Positions 11,937 through 24,072 of a DNA stretch of 64,000 nt are shown here, one piece after another. Source of the DNA: Pelomyxa schiedti (Eukaryota > Protista > Evosea); the NCBI GenBank assembly GCA_020536535.1, contig JAHLWZ010000626.1, positions 62,001 to 126,000 on the forward strand. Reading direction: 5' to 3'. The translations under genes and the position numbers were made by a program. The stretch's first letter is position 1, and every line of letters starts with the position of its first letter. The notes under the pieces were generated by a model. The model saw nothing but the letters and a program-made list of their open reading frames with translations. It made no database searches and had not been told where the DNA came from.

Positions 11937-13292
11937 ATGAGAGCGAGTCCAGTGTGTTGTTTGCTGCTTGTAGTAGCTTGGAGTGTGGGGCTCTGCTCGT
12001 GCAACTTGCTCCCCGCCTTTGGCAAGTGGATGGCCGAGAACGGGAAAAGCTATTCCTCGCCGGGCGAACAGCGCCACCGGTTCGACACGTGGAGGAGGAA
12101 CCTGGCCATTGTGACACAGTTCAACTTTGAAGGCGGCCACACATACAAGCTCGGAATGAACCGGTTCGCCGACCTGACCAACGAGGAGTTTGTGAGCCAG
12201 TACCTTGCGCCAATGCCAAACTCGTCCGCCAGTAATTGGAGGACACGCGGCGACGTTTCGGAAGCTGCGGTTGGCGCACCGGAATCGATAGTTGCTGTTG
12301 ACTGGAGGTCTCTTGGCGCTGTCACGCCGGTCAAGGATCAAGGTTCTTGCCTGTGTTGCGCTTGCTTTCCCAAGTGTAGTTAGTATTCACTTGTTGTATT
12401 TAAGGGGAGTGCAGTAGCTATTGGGCCTTTTCCGCAATCGGGGCCTTGGAAGGGTGCCACGAAATAGCCACTAAGTCTCTTCTGTCCCTCTCTGAACAGC
12501 AGCTCATTGACTGTGCTTTTGTTACGTATGGTAACAAGGGGTGCAATGGGGGGCTACCAGCCAACGGTTTCAACTACGTTATTGATTACTGGTCTGAACT
12601 TGAAACAGCATACCCGTACACAGAATCCAAAAGCACTTGCTTGTATGTACTCCTTTGTAGCTTTCATTCTAATATCAGTCCATCGGTATACCTGAAGGGC
12701 AAAAGACACCCTCAATAGTGCTGACTGCACAGGATACACAGCGACCTCCTCCGGTTCGGAGGTTGCTCTGCAATATGCAGTACAAAAAACTCCCGTGTCA
12801 GTTTCCATCGATGCAAGTGGTGTTGGTTTCCAGTATGTACATCTGCCTAAGAGAAAAACTAAGAAACCACCAGATTCTATAAGAGCGGGATATATTGCCC
12901 ATCTAGTGTAATTCTCCTTTCAAATAGTATTTATAAGTAACAAGCCTCAGTGTTCCACATCAACATTGAACCATGCAGCTGTGATTGTTGGAATGAATAG
13001 CGATTCTACAGGAGATTATTATATTGTAAAGTGCGTTAATTTACACCTAATTGAAACTATGCTACAATGGTAATTTTCGTTTTGCAGAAATTCATGGGGA
13101 ACTAGTTGGGGCATACAGTAAGTTCCATTTAATGCATTTAAATAAGTAGCAATGATAACATCATAAAGGGGATACATCTGGATGTGTGCAAACAAAAACA
13201 AGTAAGTTTTTTTTTTTCTGCATGCATTGACTTATGTATGCAGTAACTGCGGCATTGCCACACAGGCTGTGTACCCCACTGGTTGCAAGTGA
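11937..13292 (+). CDS. Papain-family (C1A, cathepsin L-like) preproprotein, probably catalytically dead (Cys25->Tyr)
   Basis: Signal peptide, I29 prodomain (ERFNIN-like, NRFADLTNEEF), VDWRSLGAVTPVKDQG/ECSSYWAFS, LSEQQLIDC..GCNGG, NHAAVIVG, KNSWG, NCGIATQAVYP. Confidence 0.9.
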
Positions 13293-13667
13293 GATAGTGA
13301 GATCTTCCAAACATCTTTCTTCTCCAATTTATAACATACCATATAAAAAAAATAATTACAACGCCACACTTTGACGCCGGAAATTTCCTGTTAGTAACAC
13401 AGACACAATCACAATCACAATCACGTCTCCCGTTTCACCCATTTCATACCATTCGTTTCAGTCAATTGGTCCACAACAATTTTCCCTCTCTCTTTCGGTC
13501 ATTTCACTCCGTTCCCCGTTTGTAGATGTTTTTCCGAAAAAACCCATCACAAACTGAACAAGCCTTGAACATGAAGAAACGGTGAAGAAACAAAACACAA
13601 AAAAACGGCAAGTCTGGGGTGTGTCTAGAACACACGAACAAAAACAAAAAAACAGACAAATAAAGAA

Positions 13668-16600
13668 ATGGGGCGGTCGTTGTTTCTTACAGCGTCGTTG
13701 CTGGCTGCCTCTTTTCTTTATTGTTAGTACTTACTCGCAATTATCTAACACTAACCACAATCAAAAAAAAAAAAAAAAAAAGGCGCGTACGCAGTGAGTA
13801 CCTTCAATGGGTATTTTGGAAACTCGTTCACAAATGAGCTGTTCCAGTTCAACGACCCTTACGTGCGGGAATACACTCACATTTGTGACATTTCATATTG
13901 GGACACTTTCTATTCGGGTTTGTTTCTTTTTGAAAACATTCTCCCTTATGTCTGCACTCTCACTTTAGCTGATTTCGTCAATGGCGTTACGGACTGGATG
14001 TATGGGATCGACTACGAAACAATGGCTCTATACAGACTAAACACCACCGACTGTTCGCTACATTTTATTGGATACACTGGACTGACTTATCAGTCGTATT
14101 ATACAGCGGGCCTCTCCTGGTCTACAACAGTCAACGCCATGCTTGGTGCTTTCACTACCCGTGATGCTTCATACTTATATACAATTGACCTTAACACTGG
14201 TACCGCCACGTACCTGACTGAAATCGTTGGGGCCTCTGAAGTTTCAGATATTGCAGCAACTCCATCTGGTTTGATATACGCTTTTGACGCAGCAAGTGGA
14301 AGCTTCTTTTGGGTGGATTCAAGTACTCTTGTCAGTGGCGAACTTGGGCCTTCCGGACTCAACACCTATGGAGAAGGGATGAGCTATGATCCGTGCACCG
14401 ATACCGTGTATTTTGCCACTTACAATACGGATACATGGGAAACGGAGTTCCGGGTTCTTGACATCTCTGACGGCACAACAACAATCAATGGTATTCTGTA
14501 TTTTGTTAATGAGTGCGATTTCCTCATGTTCCAATCTCAGTGTGGTAAGCAATCACACCTGTTTTTTATCTTCTAATTTTTTTTTCTATAAACCCTTGTA
14601 GTTGATGTGGACGACCCCATCATTGGTTTGTTTGAAAACACGTATTCTGATTTTTAACGTTCTCTTGCAGGAACGGACCCCCTGGCCTGCGACACGGCAC
14701 TGGAAATCACTTCTCTACCTAGCAGTAATTTTGGCGATACAACAACTGCTACTTCTGGTTTAGTATCCTGCTACGGATTAAACGCACTAGGTTGGACATG
14801 TACAATAAAGGCCAATCTGATTTTTTTAATTTTTTAGGAGTTCTGTACCGTTACACTGCCTTGACTGATACTTACCTCAGAGCTGAAACCTGCCAAGGAT
14901 CCTCTTTTGACACCACCCTAGTTGTGTTCACTGATTGTGTAGCATCTGGTCAAATTGACGATTGTGTGACCTCTGGGGAGGATGAATGTGATCTTCAATC
15001 TGTAGCAACCTGGATGGGTTATGCTGGGACTTCTTACTGGATATTTGTGTCTGGCTGGTATGAAACCGGCACCTTCAACCTCACTGTGTTAGGTCTTTTT
15101 CTAAGATTGTAATTAAGTTGACCAGTTCCAAAGAAATGCCCCAGAGACTGCAGTGCAGTACTGCCCAGGAGGTATTGTCTCTACCCTTCGAGGTCTTCTG
15201 GGAGGATGTAGATGTTCCAACACAATACGTATCCTGTTTCGATACTGAGTACCCTGGTGAGTTTACTTTCCAAAATCCGTCTCACTAAAAAGGAAAAAGG
15301 AGTGCTCTTTATGTACATGCCCGATATCACTGGTAATTACAGGGCTTCTACATGCGACGAAGACACAGGTTTTGACACATCTATCTACGTTATGTCAGAA
15401 TGCGATGCATCTGGAGATATCTTTGGTTGTGAAACTGCCGCCACTAGTGCATGTGATTCTGATGAATACGGGATTAACATTGAATGGTTTGGCTATGCTG
15501 GAGTTACATATTACATACTGGTAACGGGTGAGGATTTTGGGCCATTTGAGTTGACAATTGAAGGCAATAGCTAAAATCTGTATTCCCATTTAGTTCTTAG
15601 TATCCCTTTACAGAAGGAAGTAATGTGGACTGCTCTTCGGCCATCATTTCTAGTGATATGTTTATTTACTCCTCCACTCTTGAAGGTGCCCCTTCAGTAT
15701 GGTTGGATTGCGTTGGTTTTTGGGCAGAAGGTGAGAACTTCTAAATTTGTTATCTTTCCAACTGGCACCAATATCTTTTAGGGGTTCTCTTTTCCTACAC
15801 ACCTACAACTTCTGGCCCAGCCGTAGTTGATACTTGTGGCTCAGATGCTGACACCCAAATTTATGTTTTTAGTGGTTGTAACTCTGACGGGAGCTCTGAT
15901 ATCTGTCTTGGGTATGATGATGACTCTTGTGACATTGGCGAAGGATCTACAGTAACGTGGAACGTACTCGCGGGAACAACTGACTATATACTAGTCACAG
16001 GGGCTTACTACTATTCTATGGACTTCGTTCTTCATCTTGCAGGTACCCAATTTACCAACCATTGATATTTCTTTAACCCCACTCCCAGGGCCAGTACCAG
16101 TACCACCTTCTTCGGAAAGCGATTTTGGTGGATATGTCATCGATACTTACAACAATGCTGTTCTACAGTTTACATCCACTACTTCTCTGGTAACTGTGTG
16201 CTACTTTGATGAGTTTGTCAGTATTGGTGCCGGGGATTTTGCATATGGTGACAGTGATGTGATGTATGTGTATGATATTTGGAATTCCTTCTACAAGCTG
16301 CATGTCCCCAGCTGTACGCTCGACAATGTTGCATGGTACGCAGAGGGCGACTATGTTTATGGGATGGCCTGGAGCGACGGTGATGGAAAAATGTATGCCG
16401 TGGGTACTGACAGCTATGATACATTCCTCTACACTGTAAATTTGGATGACGGCACCCTGAACTATATTTCGACTGTAATTGTCCCCATTTTTTGATCGTA
16501 TTCAAGAAAACCAAAGATCACTGGTTATGCTCTGGTTGATATTGCAGCATCATCATATTACCTTTATGGATATGACATTTCAAATCGCTACTTCATTAGC

Positions 16601-17222
16601 CTTGACGTTTTTGACGACTTTTATGTTGAAATTATAAGCCTAATCGATCAGTCCCAGTGGTACACCATGGCCTATGATCTTTGCTCCTATACTCTCTACA
16701 CCCTTGCAGAACTCGATGAGGGTGAGTACGCACTGGCTACAGTGGATACATGGGATGGCTTTTCAATGACCATGGCAACCTTTACCACAGACTCGTACTT
16801 CACTGGATTTGCCATTGGCGGCTGCAGCATGCAAGGTTTTACAGCACATCCATTCTACATCTCTATCCCACTCAATTCTTGCTGCAGAACCACCCGATGA
16901 TGGACTATCAGGGGCCGCCGTGGGAATTCTAGTGGGCCTCGGGGTTGCGGGAGGAGTGGGAGCGGCGGTTGCCGTGGGAGCCTGCTGGGTCACCAAGCGG
17001 AAGCGCATGCACAAGCCCACTGACCCGCAGCACTTTGAATCCGCCGAGCTGGAAACAGCAGTGCCGGTAGTACCCCCTCCCAGCAACACAGAAGATACAG
17101 CAAACGCAACAGCGGCTGTGTCAGGGACACCCTATGCAACCCCATATCCACCAACCGGAATCAACACAGCACCTGGCTCTGAGGTCCCTGTATATGTCAG
17201 CTCCAACTCGCAGTATTCATAA
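13668..17222 (+). CDS. Type I cell-surface protein: signal peptide, beta-propeller, 3 beta-sandwich (PPC-like) repeats, beta-propeller, TM, short cytoplasmic tail
   Basis: MGRSLFLTASLLAASFLY/CAYA signal; DFVNG/DIAATPSG/MSYDP and DFAYG/MAWSDGDG/MAYDL propeller-like blades; three repeats of C.TA..I..LP...GVL[YF].Y...TC...DT...V...C; TM AAVGILVGLGVAGGVGAAVAVGACWV followed by TKRKR. Confidence 0.75.
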
Positions 17223-17493
17223 GTGTGAACGGATTCTGCTGCACAAAAAAAAAACCAATGCTCCATGCGGGGTTGGAACCCCGGGCCACAACCCTTTCTT
17301 GTGTTTTGAGCTCGTTTTGGGTGCCGTGCATTTCAAGAATTTCACTTGGTTCTTTGATTGCCAAGGTGCCAAAGGGGAAAATTGTTAGACAGGAACCACA
17401 CAAAATTCAGAAAACAAAAAAAACCGACAGTGTCCCGCTGCTTGGTCGCAACAAAGCCGAGATCTGCTGCGTTCGTAACACAAGGCACACGCG

Positions 17494-19615
17494 ATGTCCA
17501 ATGATGGTGGCGATGCTAGGGAGAGACTGAAGGAGGTGTTTCCTGACATGTCTCTCTCAATGATTGAGGCCTACTCCATGACCTCCAATGACTATGCACA
17601 TATTTTTTTAGAAGCTGGTTGGTGGATATGTTTTTTTTTTCCCCTTCGCCTTCCCTCTTCGTATCCTTATCTTCTTTTCGAATGTATTCAGCAATGAACG
17701 TGATTGAAACTGAAAAAAGGCAACCCACGGGGACTCCTCCGCCTGTTGGAACCATACAGTCTTTTTTCTTCACTGACACTCCAAAAGGAAGATCACCTTT
17801 CCCAAAATACAGCAGCAACGCAGGAATCTTCCCCCGAGACAGTCCTCTTCAAATCTCTACCATCTCACAGTCCATCACCAAATTCGAGCTGCCATTCCCC
17901 TCAAATACATGGCAAGCCAGGAGATAAAGAGGGATTCACCCAAGTACTGATAGCAAGCGGACTATCCAATGAACTACAAGGGGAGACCTTTTCCACATCT
18001 CAGTGCGCCACTACAACCCCCACACTTCAAGATCTGCATGGGGAGTCGATGGACATTGTTCCTCCAATGAGTGACACTGATAGTGATAATGACACTCAAT
18101 ATGCTGACTGTACGCCTCCCCAACCTGGTCAAAGTCCGTCACAGATGGGCTTTGTACAGAGAGCCGCTACTGCAAACGTCTGTGTTGTCAGTATGTCTTC
18201 AGAAGGTTTCCATCAAGATAGCTTCCCGGACACTACTGACACAACCTTGAGCTCTCAAACACTGGAAGGGTACCGCAGCGATAATAGTTCACCTCAAAGC
18301 GTGGAGCCTAAGATCACAATGTTTCTTTCCGATAATCGTTCTGATTGGCTTATACAACTAGGTACGGAAATATCACAACAATAGAGGAGTACCTTGCAAA
18401 CTCACCTAGCCCAACATCTGGCGTTCAATCACCAGTCCAACCACAGAGTGGTTTGCATGCCAAAGTATCTATTTCGATGTGAAACCTTTAGAGAAACTCT
18501 TTTGTTAGGTCTTAGCAAATACCATTTTATTTGAATGGAATGTGACAGGAATGTTGGACAGTTCCTCCTGCGCCTCAGATTGGATAGGCCTATTTATTTA
18601 TGACAGGGAGTTCTCATCCACTAAGTCAGTGTATACATGTATATCACATTAGAATTATTCCCCATTTAATACTGAGATAGATTCTATTCCCAGTGGAAGT
18701 GGGATTTTCTCGGGACTGACAGTAAGGATTAGTTTACCGCCAGTAAATATTTATAGAATCTAAAGGATGGCTATTATAACGTAAGATATATCCACTGCAA
18801 GCAAGAGTTACTCACGACCGATCCACTCCTTATCGGATCACCTGCAACAGTCACGGCAACAATGTCCAACAACGAGATAGTTGCCTCTTTCCAAAGTGTC
18901 AGCGAACCACAGCCTACTAGCGATCGTGACTGGATTGGGTTGTATCAAACAGTGTGCAATAGATAACCTCCAATAATAAAGTTAATAATAGTTTCATCAC
19001 TTTTTCGCCCTGACGATAAGTGGAAAGGGATCCAGGAGCAATCGTAAATACATTATGTCCAAGAGATGCGCTACACCGCTTGTTAGTTTTCCCTTACCTT
19101 CCAAACCGGGTCTCTATGAGGTTTCTTATGCTGGAGAATGACCTGTTGCTAATATTTACAGTTGCGGTACTTCAAATACTCTTCGGGCTACGCATACAGT
19201 GGAAAAACTCCACCTGTTGAGGTCAAATCCCCGGTTTCTATTTCCACTACGTTGTCCCGTTTTTTACTTTTAGCTTTTATGTTCTTTAACTTGTCACCTG
19301 CAGAATTGAAAACTCTCAACTTCGTGTACAATGGCAGAGCCGGATACCCTCCTCCACTTATGACTGGATAGGTGTATACCTCAAAGGTGCTGATAGTCAT
19401 TCATACGTGACTTTCAAGTACTGCACACAAGGGACCCTGTCCCCTGATTCACACTCTGGCTGTGTGACGTTCCAAACCCCCCAGGTATTTTGTCATCATT
19501 TCTTACTGATTTTTTTTCTTAAATTGCGTAGTTACCACACGGAGAGGTAGACGTGAGATTCTTCTCTGGGAATGACAAGTACACGGCTCTCTGTGTGCAG
19601 TCGCTTGTTTTATAG
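17494..19615 (+). CDS. CUE-like domain + disordered linker + three SKICH-like (DWIG[LV][FY]) Ig-fold repeats
   Basis: N-terminal RERLKEVFPDMSLSMIE (CUE FP motif); ASDWIGLFIY at about 18575, DRDWIGLY at about 18925, TYDWIGVYLKG at about 19360, each followed by a G.Y[NE][VL]RY or GEVDVRF strand; stop TAG at 19613-19615. Confidence 0.65.
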
Positions 19616-19795
19616 CTCCAAACTCCTTTTTTGTCTTCTGTAAATAATCACTTCGCCGAATCCAACTAATCCGTTTTTCTCACCGCTCCCGTTTTTCATC
19701 GTCCTGAAAGAAACCACCTTTAGCAGTGGAAAACAAATTAAACAACCAAAACCAACACACTCCACCGTATAATATAGACACATTAACACCTTCAC

Positions 19796-22700
19796 ATGAG
19801 TGACCAACAACCACCCACTCTGATCCTGCTTTGCCTTTTTTGTTTTTCGCTGTTTTGGTGTGCGAGAAGTGCTGATCCGTGCCGAGGTGTGGGCGCAGAG
19901 GTGTACGATTCCAATTCCAATCGCGGATTTGGCCTGGCCCGTCCTTGCTTTTGTGGGTTTTTTGTTCTATGCTTCTTCCTCTTGTGGGTTCTGGATTTTT
20001 TTTTTTAAACAACTCGAAGCTGGGGACCCTTACAGCCATTGTGGCACAATTTTGCAAGAATTTAGACCCCCATCACTGCCATGGAAATACACCAAAGTAC
20101 AAAAACCCACTCCATTGACCAAACGTCACTGAGTTTATTTTTTCGGTCTTTTCCTTATGTGCAGTTGTGTTTTGCAATGGGTGCCGGATCAGCAGGGAAT
20201 GTAACATATAGCCTGGAAATGTACCCTGATGCTGGATTTGACCCACACCCTATTTCAACTGCACACAGTTCATATTATCAAGTTTCCCTTGTACAGAACG
20301 TCGTTAGTTGGAGAACAGTGGATTTGTCACCCTATAACTTTGGTGTGACCAAAAAACGAAGTTCACCGTATTTCGATTTTTTAGACTTATACATGCATAG
20401 TTGCATACACCTATCCCACTTACATCGGGGTACACTTTGATGGGACAGACATCTCAGACAACGTTATCATCCTCATTGATTCTTCGGGTGATTATCACTC
20501 GTCATATATTCTAGAACCAGAAGTAACCTTCACGGTATTACCGTCTATTAATACGACCCTTCGCACAGCATTTATACGAGCAGAGGGCTCTGCAGTCAGT
20601 TAGTCCTTTTTCTTTTCCCACACGAAAATTTACTTCCTTAGACCTAAGTGATGTGGGGGCTCCACCTAATTGGCATACATATGACTCTGTAAATTGTCCA
20701 GTTTCGGAATGGAACGCGCATGACGGTTACTGCAATTGTGGCTGTGGAGCTTGGGTATGCTGTTCCTGGAGAAATAGAGTCCCAACAATACATTAGGATC
20801 CCGATTGTGCTCCAATGTCGAATTCCTCTCGTTGTGGGGTGAATACCTTCTGTTCTCCTTCGAGTTTCACTTGCACGGATAAGTGGTTTTACTGTAACCC
20901 TGAGTCTTGGTGGGATGGCACAACGTGCAACTGTGATTGCACTGACACATCATCTGTGCTTTTGGGAAAGGTGAGTCCGGACCCAGATTGCAGGAATCTC
21001 CGGTGGAATTATGGCTGGGTTGATGATGTACATCTAGAGAGTAAGGGTTGTCGGGAGGAACCAGACGCCTATTGTAATGCATTTACATTCCAGTGCTCAA
21101 GTACCTTGTCTCTCACTCACTAAGTTTTTGACTTGCTGTGTAGTATTGAATTGGAACTGCTCTTTTGATGACTACAATACCAGAGATGCTTGCAATTGTG
21201 GATGTGGCGTACCAGATCCCGATTGCAATGTGTCAGCCTTAGTTGTTGAAGGCTGTGAGGATGACTTTGAATGTAGAAGTGGTCGCTGTGTTAAAGGTGC
21301 TTCTTGTCTTCCGCTTCCGGAATCTCACCAGTACTTAGTGGACAAAATCAATATTGCAGCGATTGTAGGTGGTGTTGTAGGAGGAGCTTTGGGGTTGGCC
21401 CTATTAATGACGGGTGCTATACTGGGGGGCTTGTTTATTTGGAGGAGGGGGTAAAATTCCTTGATTTCTAGAGGCTTGGATACATTTATTGTAGATATCA
21501 AGGAGGAATCGATGGAGAGACTTTATCCCAGCTCTCTACCTTAAAGGCAAATATTGAAATGGAATCTCTGGATGGCTGCAGGTAGGAATGAACTCTACAA
21601 TGGAAGGTTGTCTCTGATTGTGTATAGGAAAGTTGACCTTGAAGAATTTCCCCTTGAGGTATTCACTATGCTAACCTCTTACTTTTTTCTCAATTCGTTC
21701 TTTCAGATATCACCTCAACCACCCCTTACATTTGGGTTGAAGGGACACCACGCCCCTGTCGGGGAGGCACTAAAAGAAGTTGTTACAATCACAAATCCCA
21801 AAAAACACAAAAAAAAGGCAGTATTCAGAGTTGTAGCACCTCCATCAGAAAAGTATACTTTGGAGGTTTCTCCAGACTGTGGAGAAATAGATCCAGTAAG
21901 CTCTGAGCTTTGTTTCTTTATAAACACCCAACAAGGAGGGCTTATCTTTTCCACAGGATTTCTATGAAGAAGTCACTGTATCATTGACATTCAAGTGTAC
22001 TACCATTGCGACGGTCTCCTTCCCCATCATTCTGTTAAAAGGTTTGCCTGCATTCAACTCATCACTTGGGTTGACCACAACTAGAAAGTAAGAGTGGTAA
22101 AATGACTGGGGAGGTATTACTTCGTTTTATTTAGGGTAATATCCTTACTCAAACAGAGTCTGGTCATGATGAATTTTTCCATACAATCTGCTCTATCGAC
22201 TTCCATAGATTTTGATGAGTTGACAGTACGGGCCCTTCTTCTCTTGGCACTTTTTCCCATTGACATTTGGCAGTTAGATTCACCTCCTGTTGGAGAGGGA
22301 TCGTTTGGAGTTGTCCATGCTGGTTATTGGCAAGAAGAGATCTACATCTACAAACGTTTCGTTTTAATTGGGTTTTAGGCGAGGAAGAAAAGTAGCCGTA
22401 AAAGTACTGAAAGTGTGTTGTCTCTCTTTTCAAGAGAAACACTTACCAATTTGGAAACTACAGGATCAAGCAGGAAAAAGCTCGACTCAAGAGTTCCAGC
22501 ATGAAATCAGTATATTAGAACGACTTCGGTGTCCTCAAGTAATTCCTTTTTCCTTTAAAAAAAAAATTTCACCCTGCTTTTTGTAGATTGTGGAGTTCAT
22601 TGGTGCTGTAAAGATTCCCGGGAAGCTTGCCATAATCACTGTGATTTCTTTAATTCTCTGTTCTTTGTTAACCAACACTTTTAAGGAATTTATGGAAATG

Positions 22701-23859
22701 GGGAATCTTTCCTACTGTATAACCTTTCCATCGAACTCCTTTTCTCAACTGAAAATTGAATAGGTATGACTAAAACCAAGTTCTCTCGGCTTCTTAAGGT
22801 GAAGTGTTTGCTGGACTGTTCCAGAGGTGGATTGCATTTGTACTGTATTTTTGATGACACCTTTTTCAGCAATGCAATTTTTGCACAACAATGATTTGAT
22901 ACACCGGGACTTAAAGCCGGACAATCTTCTTGTACAATTCCCTTCGCAATGGAACCGTTCCTAAAAGTAATTAGATGTGTTCATTGGAAGAGAAGGAATC
23001 TGTGAACTGCAAACTTACCGGTACCAGTATAAGAACTAACACAATATGAAATTCACACTTCCAAGATTTTGGAACTTCGAGGGAGATTGAAAGGTCACAG
23101 GGAACACAATACTACACAGCTGGGGTACCTCTCAATAAGTAGAGATTTTTGTTTTTTTAATCCATGACCAGGTAGGAACACCTGTATATATGGCTCCAGT
23201 AATCCCCTCTGAAAGTTCTCCTAACAGATTCGCTGACGTTAAAAAAAGGAACTTTTGAGCAACGGAAAGTATAACAAGAAAGCTGATGTGTACAGGTTTG
23301 TTGATTCTCGGCACCTTCACAATCAACCCGCTTCCGCACCGATAACCAACTTTTTTCTGAGGAAAGACCGAGAAAAAGTTGGTCACGGTAACGGAGGGTG
23401 TTGATTTATTAACTGTGACATATGCAGTTTTGCTCTAGTGGCACATTATACTTTCGCTGAAAAGCAACCATTTTCCGAACTTGCCACAGCCTGGAGTGAG
23501 TAAAAAAAAACTTCAATTTTCACTGACCCAGCTCACAGAATTTATCGAGCTTGTTCTTGCAGGGCAGGTAGATATCTACCTTTTGGAGGAATTTGAAATT
23601 TTAAGTGTTAAATGAGTTACTAATCACAACAAACCTCAAAAGCGGCCTGCCACGGATGGCATTCCACACTCAATGTGTAAACTTATTGTGCAGTGTTGGA
23701 ATCAAGAACAACAAGACAGGCCATGTATGTTTACTCTCCTTTCCTCATTGTCTCAAGCCCCTTTGTCTCCCAGCATTTGATAATATCACTGAGTATCTCG
23801 AACAAGAAGTTCAGTACCTTCAACACCACCACAACAATAGTCACAAGCACCATCACTAA
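19796..23859 (+). CDS. Entamoeba-type transmembrane receptor kinase (TMK, TKL group) with a Cys-rich ectodomain
   Basis: Signal peptide; CNCGCG..DPDC repeats; TM IVGGVVGGALGLALLMTGAILGGLFIW; juxtamembrane PLTFG...PVGE...ITN module and TESALSTSIDFDEL; GEGSFGVV, VAVKVLK, HRDLKPDNLL, DFGTSR, GTPVYMAPE. Confidence 0.9.
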
Positions 23860-24072
23860 ATACCCACCTATGTTGTATTCAAAAAAAATTTACATGCATG
23901 TACTGGATGTTTCCAATAAGAAATCGTCCGGTTTTCACTAAAAAAATCATTAACAGCGGCGTCAGTCCATCAAAGGAAAAGAATCTTCATGCTTCTTCCC
24001 TTACTAAGGTCAGGTTATGCGAAAGCATCTAAAGAAACTTTGGTTTGTTAGCAAAAGCCGTGGAACGTCGAC

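Noticed and set aside
12301-12383. Unspliced reading DQGSCLCCAC as an intact protease active site
   Set aside because: It hits a stop at 12383 and lacks WAF; this is intron sequence
17255-17335. Minus-strand tRNA-like 3' half (GGGGTTCCAACCCCGCATGGAGCA followed by a T-run)
   Set aside because: The T-loop is non-canonical, the T-stem pairs poorly in tRNA register, and no matching 5' acceptor strand or D-arm exists. At most a decayed remnant; tRNAscan-SE would settle it.
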